Positions 33,354 to 43,400 of a DNA stretch of 64,000 bases are shown piece after piece (the first letter of the stretch is position 1; each line of letters begins with the position of its first letter). Origin of the DNA: an uncultured Verrucomicrobiae bacterium (GTDB taxonomy: Bacteria; Verrucomicrobiota; Verrucomicrobiia; Limisphaerales; JAFGQR01); NCBI GenBank assembly GCA_963788655.1, contig CAWBHS010000080.1, forward strand, positions 18,213 through 82,212, read 5' to 3'. The notes beneath the pieces are model-generated. The model made no database searches. It was not told where the DNA came from and saw nothing but the letters and a program-made list of their open reading frames with translations. The position numbers and the translations under genes were made by a program.

Positions 33354-34616
33354 ATGAACATTTATATTTCCCGATCCGGCCAGTCGTTCGGCCCCTACCC
33401 CCTCGAGTCGCTGGCAGACATGATCCAGGCCGGTAACGTCTTGTCCACCGATCTCCTATGCCCCGAAGGCGGAACCGATTGGGTACCCGTGGCCGAGTTC
33501 CAGGCGGCGCATCCACCCAAACCCAAATTGTCGGTCGCCAAACCACCGGCCATGGCTTCCGGCGATGAAGGACCGCCGGTAATTGCCGAAGGCGCGGTAG
33601 GACACGCCGGGGAATATAGCGACGTGGAACAAGCCATTCTGCACGGCGGACGTTTCGTGCTGTACCAATACTGCGTCTCGGTGCTGGTCATGACCTTTAA
33701 GCGGGCTTCCTCGCCGGTGTTTCTGCGCGGCGACCAGGATGGTTTGGGGCCGGCGCTGCAATACTCGCTGATTTCGCTGGTGGCGGGTTGGTGGGGCATT
33801 CCGTGGGGACCGATTTGGACCATTGCCTCATTGGTCAACAATACCCGCGGTGGCACGGATGTGACCCAGGCCGTGTTGACGGACCGCTTCGGCCCGGCGC
33901 GCGCGGCCCAACTCATGGCTCGACGGCAGGCGCCGGTGCCACGAGGCATGGGTCTGAAGATGTTTCGGTGGGCGCTGGTGGGTTGTGTGTTGCTGCTGGT
34001 CGGAGGCATTGGGATTTTTGGGTATGGCGTGTATCGTGCCGGGGAACGGGAACGCAACCGTCCCCGGATGGCTGGCGAGACGGAGTTCGAGGTGGCCAAC
34101 GACCGAATCAACTTGCCCCATGGCACGGTCGCTTTCGGCAACTCGGCGCAAGCGATCGCGGTGGCAACCCATTTTTCCCGGACCATGAAGTCGCTGCGCG
34201 AACAATTCTTTGAAGCCGGCCAAAAATCCGGACGGTCGTTGCGGGACAATCAATTCCTGACGTATTGCGAGCTGCGGCCACAACATTGTGTGATCCTGGT
34301 GCATGTGTCCGAGTTGCGGCGCTTCACCCGGGAGGCGCAAAAGTCCTTGGGCGAAATGGCGTGGTTTGCTGCCCAATCAGCCCTGAAGAAAAATGCGGTT
34401 GGCCGATCAGGCATGCCGGTGGCCGTGGGGGTGCGAGGCGAAATCTTGTACGACCGAGTGCTCCTGGGGCAATACCAACCAGCGGCATCGGAGGACGAAA
34501 CCGGCCTGGCGGCCACCCATGAAGGAAACCGATCTCGCGAAAAGTTGTTCGAGTTCTTCCAACCGCCGGCACGAACGCTGAGTGCCCCCGACAGTCATGC
34601 CCTTACGAACCGTTGA
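33354..34616 (+). CDS. GYF_2 (DUF4339) domain membrane protein
   Basis: IYISRSGQSFGPY...L...G...TDL..PEG..DW; GWWGIPWGPIWT membrane segment; second TM. Confidence 0.75.
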   Translation: MNIYISRSGQSFGPYPLESLADMIQAGNVLSTDLLCPEGGTDWVPVAEFQAAHPPKPKLSVAKPPAMASGDEGPPVIAEGAVGHAGEYSDVEQAILHGGRFVLYQYCVSVLVMTFKRASSPVFLRGDQDGLGPALQYSLISLVAGWWGIPWGPIWTIASLVNNTRGGTDVTQAVLTDRFGPARAAQLMARRQAPVPRGMGLKMFRWALVGCVLLLVGGIGIFGYGVYRAGERERNRPRMAGETEFEVANDRINLPHGTVAFGNSAQAIAVATHFSRTMKSLREQFFEAGQKSGRSLRDNQFLTYCELRPQHCVILVHVSELRRFTREAQKSLGEMAWFAAQSALKKNAVGRSGMPVAVGVRGEILYDRVLLGQYQPAASEDETGLAATHEGNRSREKLFEFFQPPARTLSAPDSHALTNR

Positions 34617-34633
34617 CTCACCCGCCGCCAAAC

Positions 34634-35194
34634 AGCGTGCTGGCGGCAGATCGCACGGAAGAATGGCGGCGAATTGCCGCAGTGGTTCGGACCCACCTGG
34701 GGGTATTCGTTTCTGCTGGCGGGACGCCAGCAGCACGTTGGGCAGCGTGCTGTCGGCATCTGGCCGGCAGTTTGGAACGTGAGCATTGAAGAAGAATGAA
34801 CCGAGGACCAATGACCAATTGCCAATGCCCAATGACTGGAGAATGACCAAAGTCCAATGGCTAGTGAACCGTTGCAACTTCCCCCCATGGGTTGGGGATC
34901 GGCGCCAGCGCGGCAGCGTCTTGGAGTGTGGCAGTCCTCTGCCGCTATCGGACGCACCGCCGCCCAGCGAAAGCGGTGGAGGACTGCCGCACTCCAAAAC
35001 CTGGCGGTCACTCGCGTGGTTCTTTAGGCATAGAACCGACAGTAATGCTGGGATGAGTCTTAACCTTCCTCGATTGAGAATATGCAATACTCCGTTTGCC
35101 CGCAGACGAACAGTGCAAGGCGTTTCGAACACAGTGCAAATTTCGTGCGCATCCACTGCATCCGATCCTGCCGGCGGGACGCTGGCTGCACGTT
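34634..35194. repeat. Intergenic mosaic of family C palindromes, heptamer run (34805-34860) and a family B-prime doublet
   Basis: Motifs shared with copies elsewhere in this window. Confidence 0.75.
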
Positions 35195-35203
35195 ATTAAC
35201 CCT

Positions 35204-36148
35204 ATGAAGCTTTTTAAGAATATCCATCCCCTCGTTCTGTTGATCGTGGCCGTTTCTTTGCCACTTCCAGCTCCGGCTGCGAGCCCGGTCGTTCCTCTGT
35301 TGCAGGCCCACGCGCACAATGATTACGCCCACGCGCACCCACTGCACGATGCGTTGGGTCAGGGCTTTTGTGGCGTCGAAGCTGACGTGTGGTTGGTGGA
35401 TGGTCAATTGCTCGTGGCGCATGACCGTCGTCAGGTCCGCCCTGACCGCACTTTGCAGGCGCTTTACCTTGATCCGTTGCGGGAGCGGGTTCGGGAAAAC
35501 GGGGGTCGTGTTTATCCGGATGGTCCGTCGATAACTTTGTTAATTGATCTGAAGTCGGACGCGGTTGCGACCTATCAAACGCTTGAGAAAATCCTGGAAC
35601 CCTATCATCCCGTCCTGACGCGCTTTGAATCCAAGCGCACCGAAACCAATGCCGTCACTGTGGTTGTTTCGGGCAACCGACCGAAAGATTTGATGCTATC
35701 CGAGCGTATGCGGTGGGCCGGCTACGATGGCCGTCTGGCGGACCTGGACACGGGATGGTCGCCGCACTTCATGCCCCTGGTAAGTGACAACTGGACGCTG
35801 CATTTCCAGTGGCGTGGCCGGGGTGAAATGTCAGCCGCAGACCAACGCAAGCTGAGTGACCTGGTGGCCAAAGCGCATCATCAGGGGTACCGGTTGCGGT
35901 TTTGGTCGATTCCAGATTTCCCGGCCGGCTGGCGTGTTTTGCAGGACGCGGGCGTTGATTTGATCAATACGGACAATCTGGCCGGCTTCGCCAAATTCAG
36001 TGCCGAGGAGCGAGCGAAATCCCCAAGTGATTCGCTGACTTCCCCGCTTTTGTCTTTCCCCGGGGCTCTGCCCTCCGCATGCTGGCGTCATGTCAGGTCT
36101 GATCGCTATCGTAGGCCGGCCCAATGTGGGCAAGTCGGCGCTGTTTAA
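35204..36148 (+). CDS. Secreted PI-PLC/GDPD-like phosphodiesterase; true stop may be earlier
   Basis: Signal peptide; AHAHNDY, VEADVW, LLVAHD, LLIDLKS, GVDLINTD; C-terminal 59-bp overlap with der is suspicious. Confidence 0.8.
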   Translation: MKLFKNIHPLVLLIVAVSLPLPAPAASPVVPLLQAHAHNDYAHAHPLHDALGQGFCGVEADVWLVDGQLLVAHDRRQVRPDRTLQALYLDPLRERVRENGGRVYPDGPSITLLIDLKSDAVATYQTLEKILEPYHPVLTRFESKRTETNAVTVVVSGNRPKDLMLSERMRWAGYDGRLADLDTGWSPHFMPLVSDNWTLHFQWRGRGEMSAADQRKLSDLVAKAHHQGYRLRFWSIPDFPAGWRVLQDAGVDLINTDNLAGFAKFSAEERAKSPSDSLTSPLLSFPGALPSACWRHVRSDRYRRPAQCGQVGAV

Positions 36149-37592
36149 TCGCATCGTCGGGCGCCGCATTGCCATTGTCCACGACCAACCCGGCGTCACC
36201 CGCGACCGCATCAGTGCCGAAGCCGAATGGCGCGGTCGGCCCTTTACCCTCGTGGACACCGGCGGGTTGGGATTGTTGCAGCGGGAGAAAGCGGGCGATG
36301 CCCTTGTCCAGGCTGCCTTCGACCAAGTGCAAGTGGCCATCGACGCGGCCCAGGTTGTCCTGTTCGTCGTCAATGTGCAGGAGGGCATTGTGCCACTGGA
36401 TCGCGAGGTGGCGAACCAGTTGCGGCAAGCCGGCAAGGCGGTCGTGGTGGTGGTGAACAAGGTGGATACAGTCCAGGTCGAACTGGGCGCGACCGAGTTT
36501 GCCGAATTGGGATTTGATACCATCCTCCCCATTGCGGCGATTCACGGGCGCGGCATTGACCCGCTGATGAGAACTGCGGTGGCCCTGCTGCCGGTCGCCA
36601 CCGACGACCAGGGGACGGAATCGCCCGCCCGCCAACCTATGTCGGCGGTCAAGCTGGCGATCGTCGGCCGGCCGAATGTGGGAAAATCCTCAATCATCAA
36701 TGCCCTCACCCAATCCGAGCGGGTGATTGTCAGCGCGATCCCTGGCACGACGCGCGACGCCGTGGATGTCCCGTTCGAGGTGGAGACCGACGGCGTCCGC
36801 GAACCCTACATCCTCATCGACACCGCCGGCATGCGCAAAGCGCGCCGGGTGGGTGACTCAATTGAGTTTTTCAGCGTAAAACGGGCCGAAGATTCCATCG
36901 CCCGCAGCGACATTGTCGTGCTGGTGATCGATGCCGAACAGGGCGTTTCCGAGCAGGATAAAAAGATTGGTGATCGGATCGTGGACGGCCGCAAAGCCTG
37001 CATTGTGGTGGTGAACAAATGGGATTTGTTTGCCGACGACGTCCGCCAGGCGCAGGCCAAGGTCGCGGCGCAGTCTCGCAAAAAGACTCGGCCCGAGAAC
37101 GCCGTTCAGAGGCACTCCCTGGCGGAGTTTGGTCAGTGGGTGCAGCAACATCTCTTTTTCCTGGACTATGCTCCGGTGATTTTCACCTCGGCCACATCGG
37201 GGTTCAATCTGGAGCGTTTGCTGGAAGCCATCCGGTATGTCTCCGCCCAATTGCGGCAGTCCATCCCGACCGCCCTTTTGAACCGGACCTTGCACAACGC
37301 AGTCGAGCGGCGCCAGCCCGCCAGCGCTTCTGGGCATCGGCTGAAGTTCTTTTACGCCACCCAGGTCCGGTCCGCACCGCCCACATTCCTGCTGTTCGTG
37401 AATCGCAAGGAATTGTTTTCGGATCAGTACAAGAAACATCTGACGCGGGAAATGCGTCAGGCCTTCGGATATGAAGGCTGCCCGTTGCTCTTGGTGCCCA
37501 AAGACCGGCCCAAGACCGTGGAGTCAAAATCACCGGTCCGACGCAAACGGCCGGGCGCAGCGAAGAGGGTTTGGCGGCCGGATCATGAGTAA
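36090..37592 (+). CDS. der: Ribosome biogenesis GTPase Der
   Basis: Two GRPNVGKS P-loops, GVTRD/GTTRD, DTGG/DTAG, NKVD/NKWD, C-terminal YATQ...PPTF domain. Confidence 0.97.
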   Translation: MSGLIAIVGRPNVGKSALFNRIVGRRIAIVHDQPGVTRDRISAEAEWRGRPFTLVDTGGLGLLQREKAGDALVQAAFDQVQVAIDAAQVVLFVVNVQEGIVPLDREVANQLRQAGKAVVVVVNKVDTVQVELGATEFAELGFDTILPIAAIHGRGIDPLMRTAVALLPVATDDQGTESPARQPMSAVKLAIVGRPNVGKSSIINALTQSERVIVSAIPGTTRDAVDVPFEVETDGVREPYILIDTAGMRKARRVGDSIEFFSVKRAEDSIARSDIVVLVIDAEQGVSEQDKKIGDRIVDGRKACIVVVNKWDLFADDVRQAQAKVAAQSRKKTRPENAVQRHSLAEFGQWVQQHLFFLDYAPVIFTSATSGFNLERLLEAIRYVSAQLRQSIPTALLNRTLHNAVERRQPASASGHRLKFFYATQVRSAPPTFLLFVNRKELFSDQYKKHLTREMRQAFGYEGCPLLLVPKDRPKTVESKSPVRRKRPGAAKRVWRPDHE

Positions 37593-37602
37593 AGCTGCGT
37601 GC

Positions 37603-37966
37603 AACGTGCTGCTGGCGTCCCGCCGGCAAAAACGAACGCGGCAAGTGCGCTCGATCATATAACCTCAGTTCGAAAGTGATATTTCCGTTCGAATTGCCGG
37701 CAAGATGCCGGCAGCACGCTGGCATAACGTGCTGCTGGCGTCTCGCCGGCAGAATCGGATGCGGCAAGTGCGCTCGATCATATAACCTCGGTTCGAAAGT
37801 GATATCTCCGTTCGATCTGCCGGCAAGATGCCGGCAGCACGCTGGCATAACGTGCTGCCGGCATCTTGCCGGCAGAATCGGACGCGGCAAGTGCGCTCGA
37901 TCATATAACCTCAGTTCGAAAGTGATATTTCCGTTCGATCTGCTGGCAGGATGCCGGCAGCACGTT
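37603..37966. repeat. Tandem array of three family C palindromic units (123-bp period)
   Basis: Units start at 37603, 37726, 37849; each about 118 bp with inverted arms, joined by GGCAT. Confidence 0.95.
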
Positions 37967-38092
37967 CCTTGCTGACATGCCGTGCGTAGATTCAAAACGC
38001 TGGTTCTTCGCCAGCGAAGTCTGTCCCCGCCAGCGATGGTTTCGTGAAATTTTGCGCTTGGCGAACTGGCTCCCGCGCGCTCAGATGCAGTC

Positions 38093-40183
38093 ATGCAAGC
38101 TACAATCTTCCCGCTCGCCGTTTGCCTGAGCCTGACCACCGGTCCGCTGGTGGCCGACCAAGTCCTTTTCGATTTTGGCCGCAACTTCGACCGCACTAAA
38201 GCCACCGTATCCGATGCCACCATTACGCCGATGAAGTCGGGCGCGAAGACCGTGCTCCGGATCGCCACCGGTCACGAACGGCCGTGGCCGGGCGCCACTT
38301 TGGCGGCTCCCGACGGACATTGGGATTTGTCGCCGTTTGGGCATGTCGCTCTTGACGTCCGCAACACCGGCTCCGAACGCGTCACGGTCCATTGTCGCGT
38401 CGATAATCCCGGCGCGGATGGCACCCGACATTGTGTCACCGGTTCAATCGGATTGAATCCCGGCGAAGCGGGCACCTTGAAAGTGATTCTGAAACGCACG
38501 GCTAGCGACAAGTTGGACGGCAAACTATTTGGCCTGCGCGGCTATCCGGTGTCGGCCGGTGGTCCCGGCACGGTGAACGCCTCGAACATCACCCAATTGC
38601 TCGTCTTCGTGAGCCAGCCCAAAGCCGACCATGTTTTCGAAATCGACAACCTTCGCGCCGAAGGCCGTTACACCCCGCCGACCGCCTGGGTCACCGACGC
38701 CGATCCGTATTTCCCGATGATCGACACCTTCGGCCAATACCGGCACAAGGATTGGCCGGGCAAAGTGCATTCGCTGACGGAACTCAAACAACGCCGCGAA
38801 CAGGAGGCCCAGGAACTCGCGGCCGCTCCCGGACCGAAGAATTGGTGTGAATACGGCGGCTGGACGGCGGGTCCGACGTTGAAAGCCACCGGCTTCTTCC
38901 GCACCGAAAAGTATCACGGCAAATGGTGGTTCGTCGATCCGCACGGGCATTTGTTCTGGTCGCACGGCGTTGATTGCGTGCGGATGATCGACACCACGCC
39001 CATCGACGAGCGCGAGACTTGGTTTGCGGATTTTCCCGGCAAGGAAACTGACTTCCGGGAGTTTCTCTCCCGCGGGTATGCCTTGAAGGGCCACTACGCC
39101 GGGCGTAGTCCGCAATGTTTTTCCTTTGCCGCCGCCAACCTGAAACGCAAATACGGCGACGACTGGAAACATGCCTATGCCGGCGTCGCCCACCAACGCC
39201 TCCGCAGTTGGGGATTGAACACCATCGCCAACTGGTCTTCAGCGGACGTGTTCCTGATGCGCCGCACCACCTACACGGACACCCTGGGGTCGCGCGGCGC
39301 GAAAATGATCGAAGGCAGCGAAGGCTATTGGGGCAAGTTTCCGGATGTATTTGATCCCAGTTTCGCCGCCAGTGTCCGCCGCGCCATGGCCGGCAAAAAA
39401 AGCAGCAGCGCCAACGATCCCTGGTGCCTCGGCTATTTCTCGGACAACGAAATGTCCTGGGGCGATGAGACCTCGCTGGCGATTGCCGCCTTGCGCTCAC
39501 CCGTGGGCCAGGCGGCGAAACAGGAATTCATCGCCGACCTCCAAGCGAAATACGGCGACATCGCCAAGCTGAACGCGGCTTGGGGATCTGCCCAGGCTTC
39601 CTGGGAAGCGCTGGCGGAATCGCGCGAGGCACCGGACCAGAACAAGGCGCACGACGATCTCACGGCATTCTATACCAAATGCGCGGAAACCTATTTCCGT
39701 ACCGTGCATGAAGCCATCAGGGCCGTGGCGCCGAACCAACTTTATCTTGGCTGCCGTTTCGCCTGGGTGAACGAACGGGCTGCCAAAGCCGCCGCCCGGT
39801 ATTGCGACGTGGTCAGCTACAATCTCTACCGTCGCAACATCGCCGACTTCCAATATCCCGGCGGCGACAAGCCGCTCATCGTCGGCGAATTCCATTTCGG
39901 CGCGTTGGATCGCGGCATGTTCCACACCGGTCTGGTGCCCGTGGAAAATCAGGCCGCCCGCGCCCAGGCGTATCGGGATTACGTGCTTGGCGCGGTGCGG
40001 CATCCGCAGTTTGTCGGTACGCACTGGTTCCAGTGGAAAGATGAGCCGACCACCGGCCGGGTGTACGATGAGGAGAATTACCAGATTGGCTTTCTGAGTG
40101 TTGCCGACACGCCTTATGCCGAAACCATCGAAGCCAGCCGCGAAGTAGGCCAGACGCTGTACCAAACCCGGCTCGGAGAATAA
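38093..40183 (+). CDS. GH50-family glycoside hydrolase (beta-agarase-like) with N-terminal CBM-like domain
   Basis: IDTFGQY..KDWPGK, ATGFFRTEK..GKWWFVDP, RLRSWGLNTIANWS, GYFSDNE, GEFHFGALDRG, HWFQWKDEP. Confidence 0.85.
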   Translation: MQATIFPLAVCLSLTTGPLVADQVLFDFGRNFDRTKATVSDATITPMKSGAKTVLRIATGHERPWPGATLAAPDGHWDLSPFGHVALDVRNTGSERVTVHCRVDNPGADGTRHCVTGSIGLNPGEAGTLKVILKRTASDKLDGKLFGLRGYPVSAGGPGTVNASNITQLLVFVSQPKADHVFEIDNLRAEGRYTPPTAWVTDADPYFPMIDTFGQYRHKDWPGKVHSLTELKQRREQEAQELAAAPGPKNWCEYGGWTAGPTLKATGFFRTEKYHGKWWFVDPHGHLFWSHGVDCVRMIDTTPIDERETWFADFPGKETDFREFLSRGYALKGHYAGRSPQCFSFAAANLKRKYGDDWKHAYAGVAHQRLRSWGLNTIANWSSADVFLMRRTTYTDTLGSRGAKMIEGSEGYWGKFPDVFDPSFAASVRRAMAGKKSSSANDPWCLGYFSDNEMSWGDETSLAIAALRSPVGQAAKQEFIADLQAKYGDIAKLNAAWGSAQASWEALAESREAPDQNKAHDDLTAFYTKCAETYFRTVHEAIRAVAPNQLYLGCRFAWVNERAAKAAARYCDVVSYNLYRRNIADFQYPGGDKPLIVGEFHFGALDRGMFHTGLVPVENQAARAQAYRDYVLGAVRHPQFVGTHWFQWKDEPTTGRVYDEENYQIGFLSVADTPYAETIEASREVGQTLYQTRLGE

Positions 40184-40429
40184 ATTGAGGACGTCGGTAT
40201 TTCGTAGGACAGGCCTCCCGTCTGTCCCGGATGTTCAATCGGCAATTGGCATTTTTCAGGACGGTCGATAACGATTGGATCTCCCCAGTTGTTCGGAACC
40301 GCCGAGACGGCTGTCCTACCATGAAGGCGCGCCCAGCCAACTGATTCTTCGTTGCCGGACATGCCGCCGTGTCGCGCCCGCAACTCGACAATTGTGTTTG
40401 CCTGCCGGATGTCCCACACTCGAATCATT

Positions 40430-43400
40430 ATGGCAAGTCCCTTCATTTGGCTTCGTTACGCTGGTTTGGTAGTGCTGCTCACCAGCGCCCTCACGTTTGG
40501 CGCTACGCCGAATTCCCTGTCGCTTCGGCTGCGCAGCTTGCAGCCAGCCCCCGGTGATCCCGCACGTTACGAACCGGTGGACCGGCCCGCGACCTGGGAC
40601 GCGCCGCACACCGCCGCCGTGATCTGTGACATGTGGAATCAGCATTGGTGCCAAGGCGCGACTGCGCGGGTGGCGGAAATGGCGCCGCGCATGAATGACG
40701 TGATCAAAGAGTTGCGCCGCCGCGGAGTGCTGATCATTCATTGCCCCAGCGGCACGATGAAGTTTTACGAAGGCACCCCACCGCGGAAGCGGGCTCAATC
40801 GGCACCCAAGGTGACGCCCCGCGTGCCGTTGCAAGGTTGGTGCAACCTCGACCCGAAACGGGAAGCGCCCCTGCCGATCGACGATTCGGATGGCGGTTGC
40901 GATGACGAGCCGCAGTGTAAGCATCCGCCCTATCCCTGGACGCGCCAGATCGCCACACTGGAAATCAAGGACGGCGATGCGATCACCGACAGCGCCGAAG
41001 CCTATTACCTGATGCGCCAACGCGGCATCACCAACGTCATCGTCATGGGCGTGCATGAAAATATGTGCGTGCTCGGCCGGCCATTCTCCATTCGGCAGAT
41101 GGTCAACCAGGGCCAGAATGTCGTGCTGCTGCGCGACCTGACCGACACGATGTATAACTCGCGCCAGCGTCCGTTCGTCGATCATTTCACCGGCACCGAC
41201 TTGGTGGCTTGGCACATCGAAAGATATTGGTGCCCCACCATCACCAGCGACCAGATCGTGGGCGGCAAACCGTTTCGTTTTACGGCCGACACACGAGCGC
41301 CGCGGCAGTTCAAGGATTACGCGTATTTGTTTACTCCGGACGGTCACCCCGCGGACCGCTACAATGTGGTCTGGACCAGTCCGAGCCAGGATTCCTCCGG
41401 TTCGATGCCGTTGGGCAATGGCGACATCGGGCTGAATTTCTGGGTTGAGGAAAATGGCGACCTGCTGTTCTACCTCAGCAAGAGCGACGCTTGGGACGAG
41501 AAAGATCACCTCGACAAACTGGGGCGGGTGCGCGTGAGACTGTCGCCCAATCCTTTCCAAGCGGGTTCGCCCTTCCGGCAGGAACTCAAGCTCAGTCAGG
41601 GCGAAATCGAAGTCCGCGCCGGCGAACCGGATGCGGCGATCACGCTGCGCGCTTGGGTGGATGCCAATCATCCCGTGGTCCATCTCGAAGCCGAAGGTGA
41701 ACAACCGTTCAACCTGCAAGCAAATCTGGAAATCTGGCGCACCAAGGAACGAACCCTTTCGCCCGAAGAAGCCAATGGCGTGGACCACTTTGCCAAAGAC
41801 GAACCGCCCAAAGCGTATCCCGACCAAGTGGTCACCGACCAAGCTGACCGGGTCATTTGGTATCATCGCGACGAACGCTCAATCTGGGCGGCCACGCTCG
41901 CTCACCAGGGTTTGGCTGGTCTGACCAATCAGTTCAAAGATCCGCTGCTACACCGCACCTTTGGCGGGACAATGAAAAGCGACGGACTTGTGAAAGCCGG
42001 CGCCACTCAATTGAAATCAAAGCAGGCGGCAAAGCATTTCGTCCTCTCCATCTACGCGCTCACGGCGCAGACCCCAACGCCGCAAGCTTGGCTGGACCAG
42101 CAAGCCGGCAACGTGGCAGCGATTGACGCGATTGATTTAAGCCAGGCGCGCCAGGCTCATCGCCAATGGTGGCGCGATTTTTGGAATCGCAGTTGGATCC
42201 GCGTCACCGCTTCGGGCAGCGACCACCTGATGGCGCGCGCAATCACCCCTAACCAATTCCCCTTGCGCATTGGCGCCGACAGCGACGGCCAAAACCGCTT
42301 CCGCGGTGAACTGGGCCGCGTGGCCGTGTACGATCGCGCCCTCAATAGCGAAGAAATTACGGCGCTGGCCAAAACCAAGTCTATACCCGCCAAGCGGCCG
42401 GCTGGTTGCGTTTGGGAATGGCTGTTCAGCCGCGGGTCGGCCGGCGATAGCTCAAGCTTGCTCAATGATGCTGCGGTTCCCAAAGCAGTTGGCCAATTTG
42501 AAACGAAGGAAAACGCCGCGGAATCCGGGGGGTGCAGCATTCAATTCAATGGCCAAGGTTACTATGAAATTCCTTCGGCACCAGCCACGGACTTAACGAA
42601 TGCAGTCACGCTTGAAGCCTGGATCAAACCCGATCAGTTGCCGCCCGGTGGCGGCCGCATCCTCGACAAATCCAAGGCCGGCACCTCGAACGGTTACCTG
42701 CTTGATACGTATCCCGGTAATTCGCTCCGGTTGATCGTTGAAGATGGCACTTTGACTTGCGACGCCAAACTGCCCACGAACCGATGGTCGCACGTCGCCG
42801 CCGTCTTTGATGCGCACACCGGCGAAAAGAAGCTGTATCTCGATGGCAAAGTTGTGGCCACTGGCGGCCAAGACCAAAGGTCGCGCCCCGATGACCAAAT
42901 CGTTTCCCAAGGCTACGCGCTCCAGCGGTTCATCAATGCCTGCGCCGGACGCGGCGGCTCGCCCATCAAGTTCAACGGGTCGATCTTCACGGTCGATGTG
43001 CCGGGCAAGTTTGACGGCGATTACCGCCGGTGGGGTGGCTGTTACTGGTTTCAGAACACGCGCCTGCCGTACTGGCCGATGCTGGCCGCCGGTGATTTCG
43101 ACCTGATGCAACCGCTGTTCAAGATGTATCGCGACGCCCTGCCGTTGGCCCGTGCCCGCACGCTGGTTTACTACCGTCACGATGGCGCGTTCTTCCCGGA
43201 AACGATGCACTGGTGGGGCGCGTATCACAACGGCGGCATGGGCTACGGCTGGGACCGTGCCGGCGAACCATTGGGGCGTACGGTGAACCGCTACATCCGC
43301 TTCTACTGGTCGGGCGGGCTGGAGTTACTGGCCATGATGCTCGACCACTTCGCGTTCACGCAGGACCGCGTCTTCCTTCAAAACACGCTGTTGCCGCACG

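Noticed and set aside
37603..37966. Possible CRISPR array
   Set aside because: The interiors are near-identical rather than unique spacers, the period is 123 bp, the arms match a dispersed palindrome family, and no cas genes are present.
37204..38268. 354-aa minus-strand ORF with 41-aa repeats
   Set aside because: It is read-through of the 123-bp DNA repeat and overlaps der and the GH50 gene antisense.
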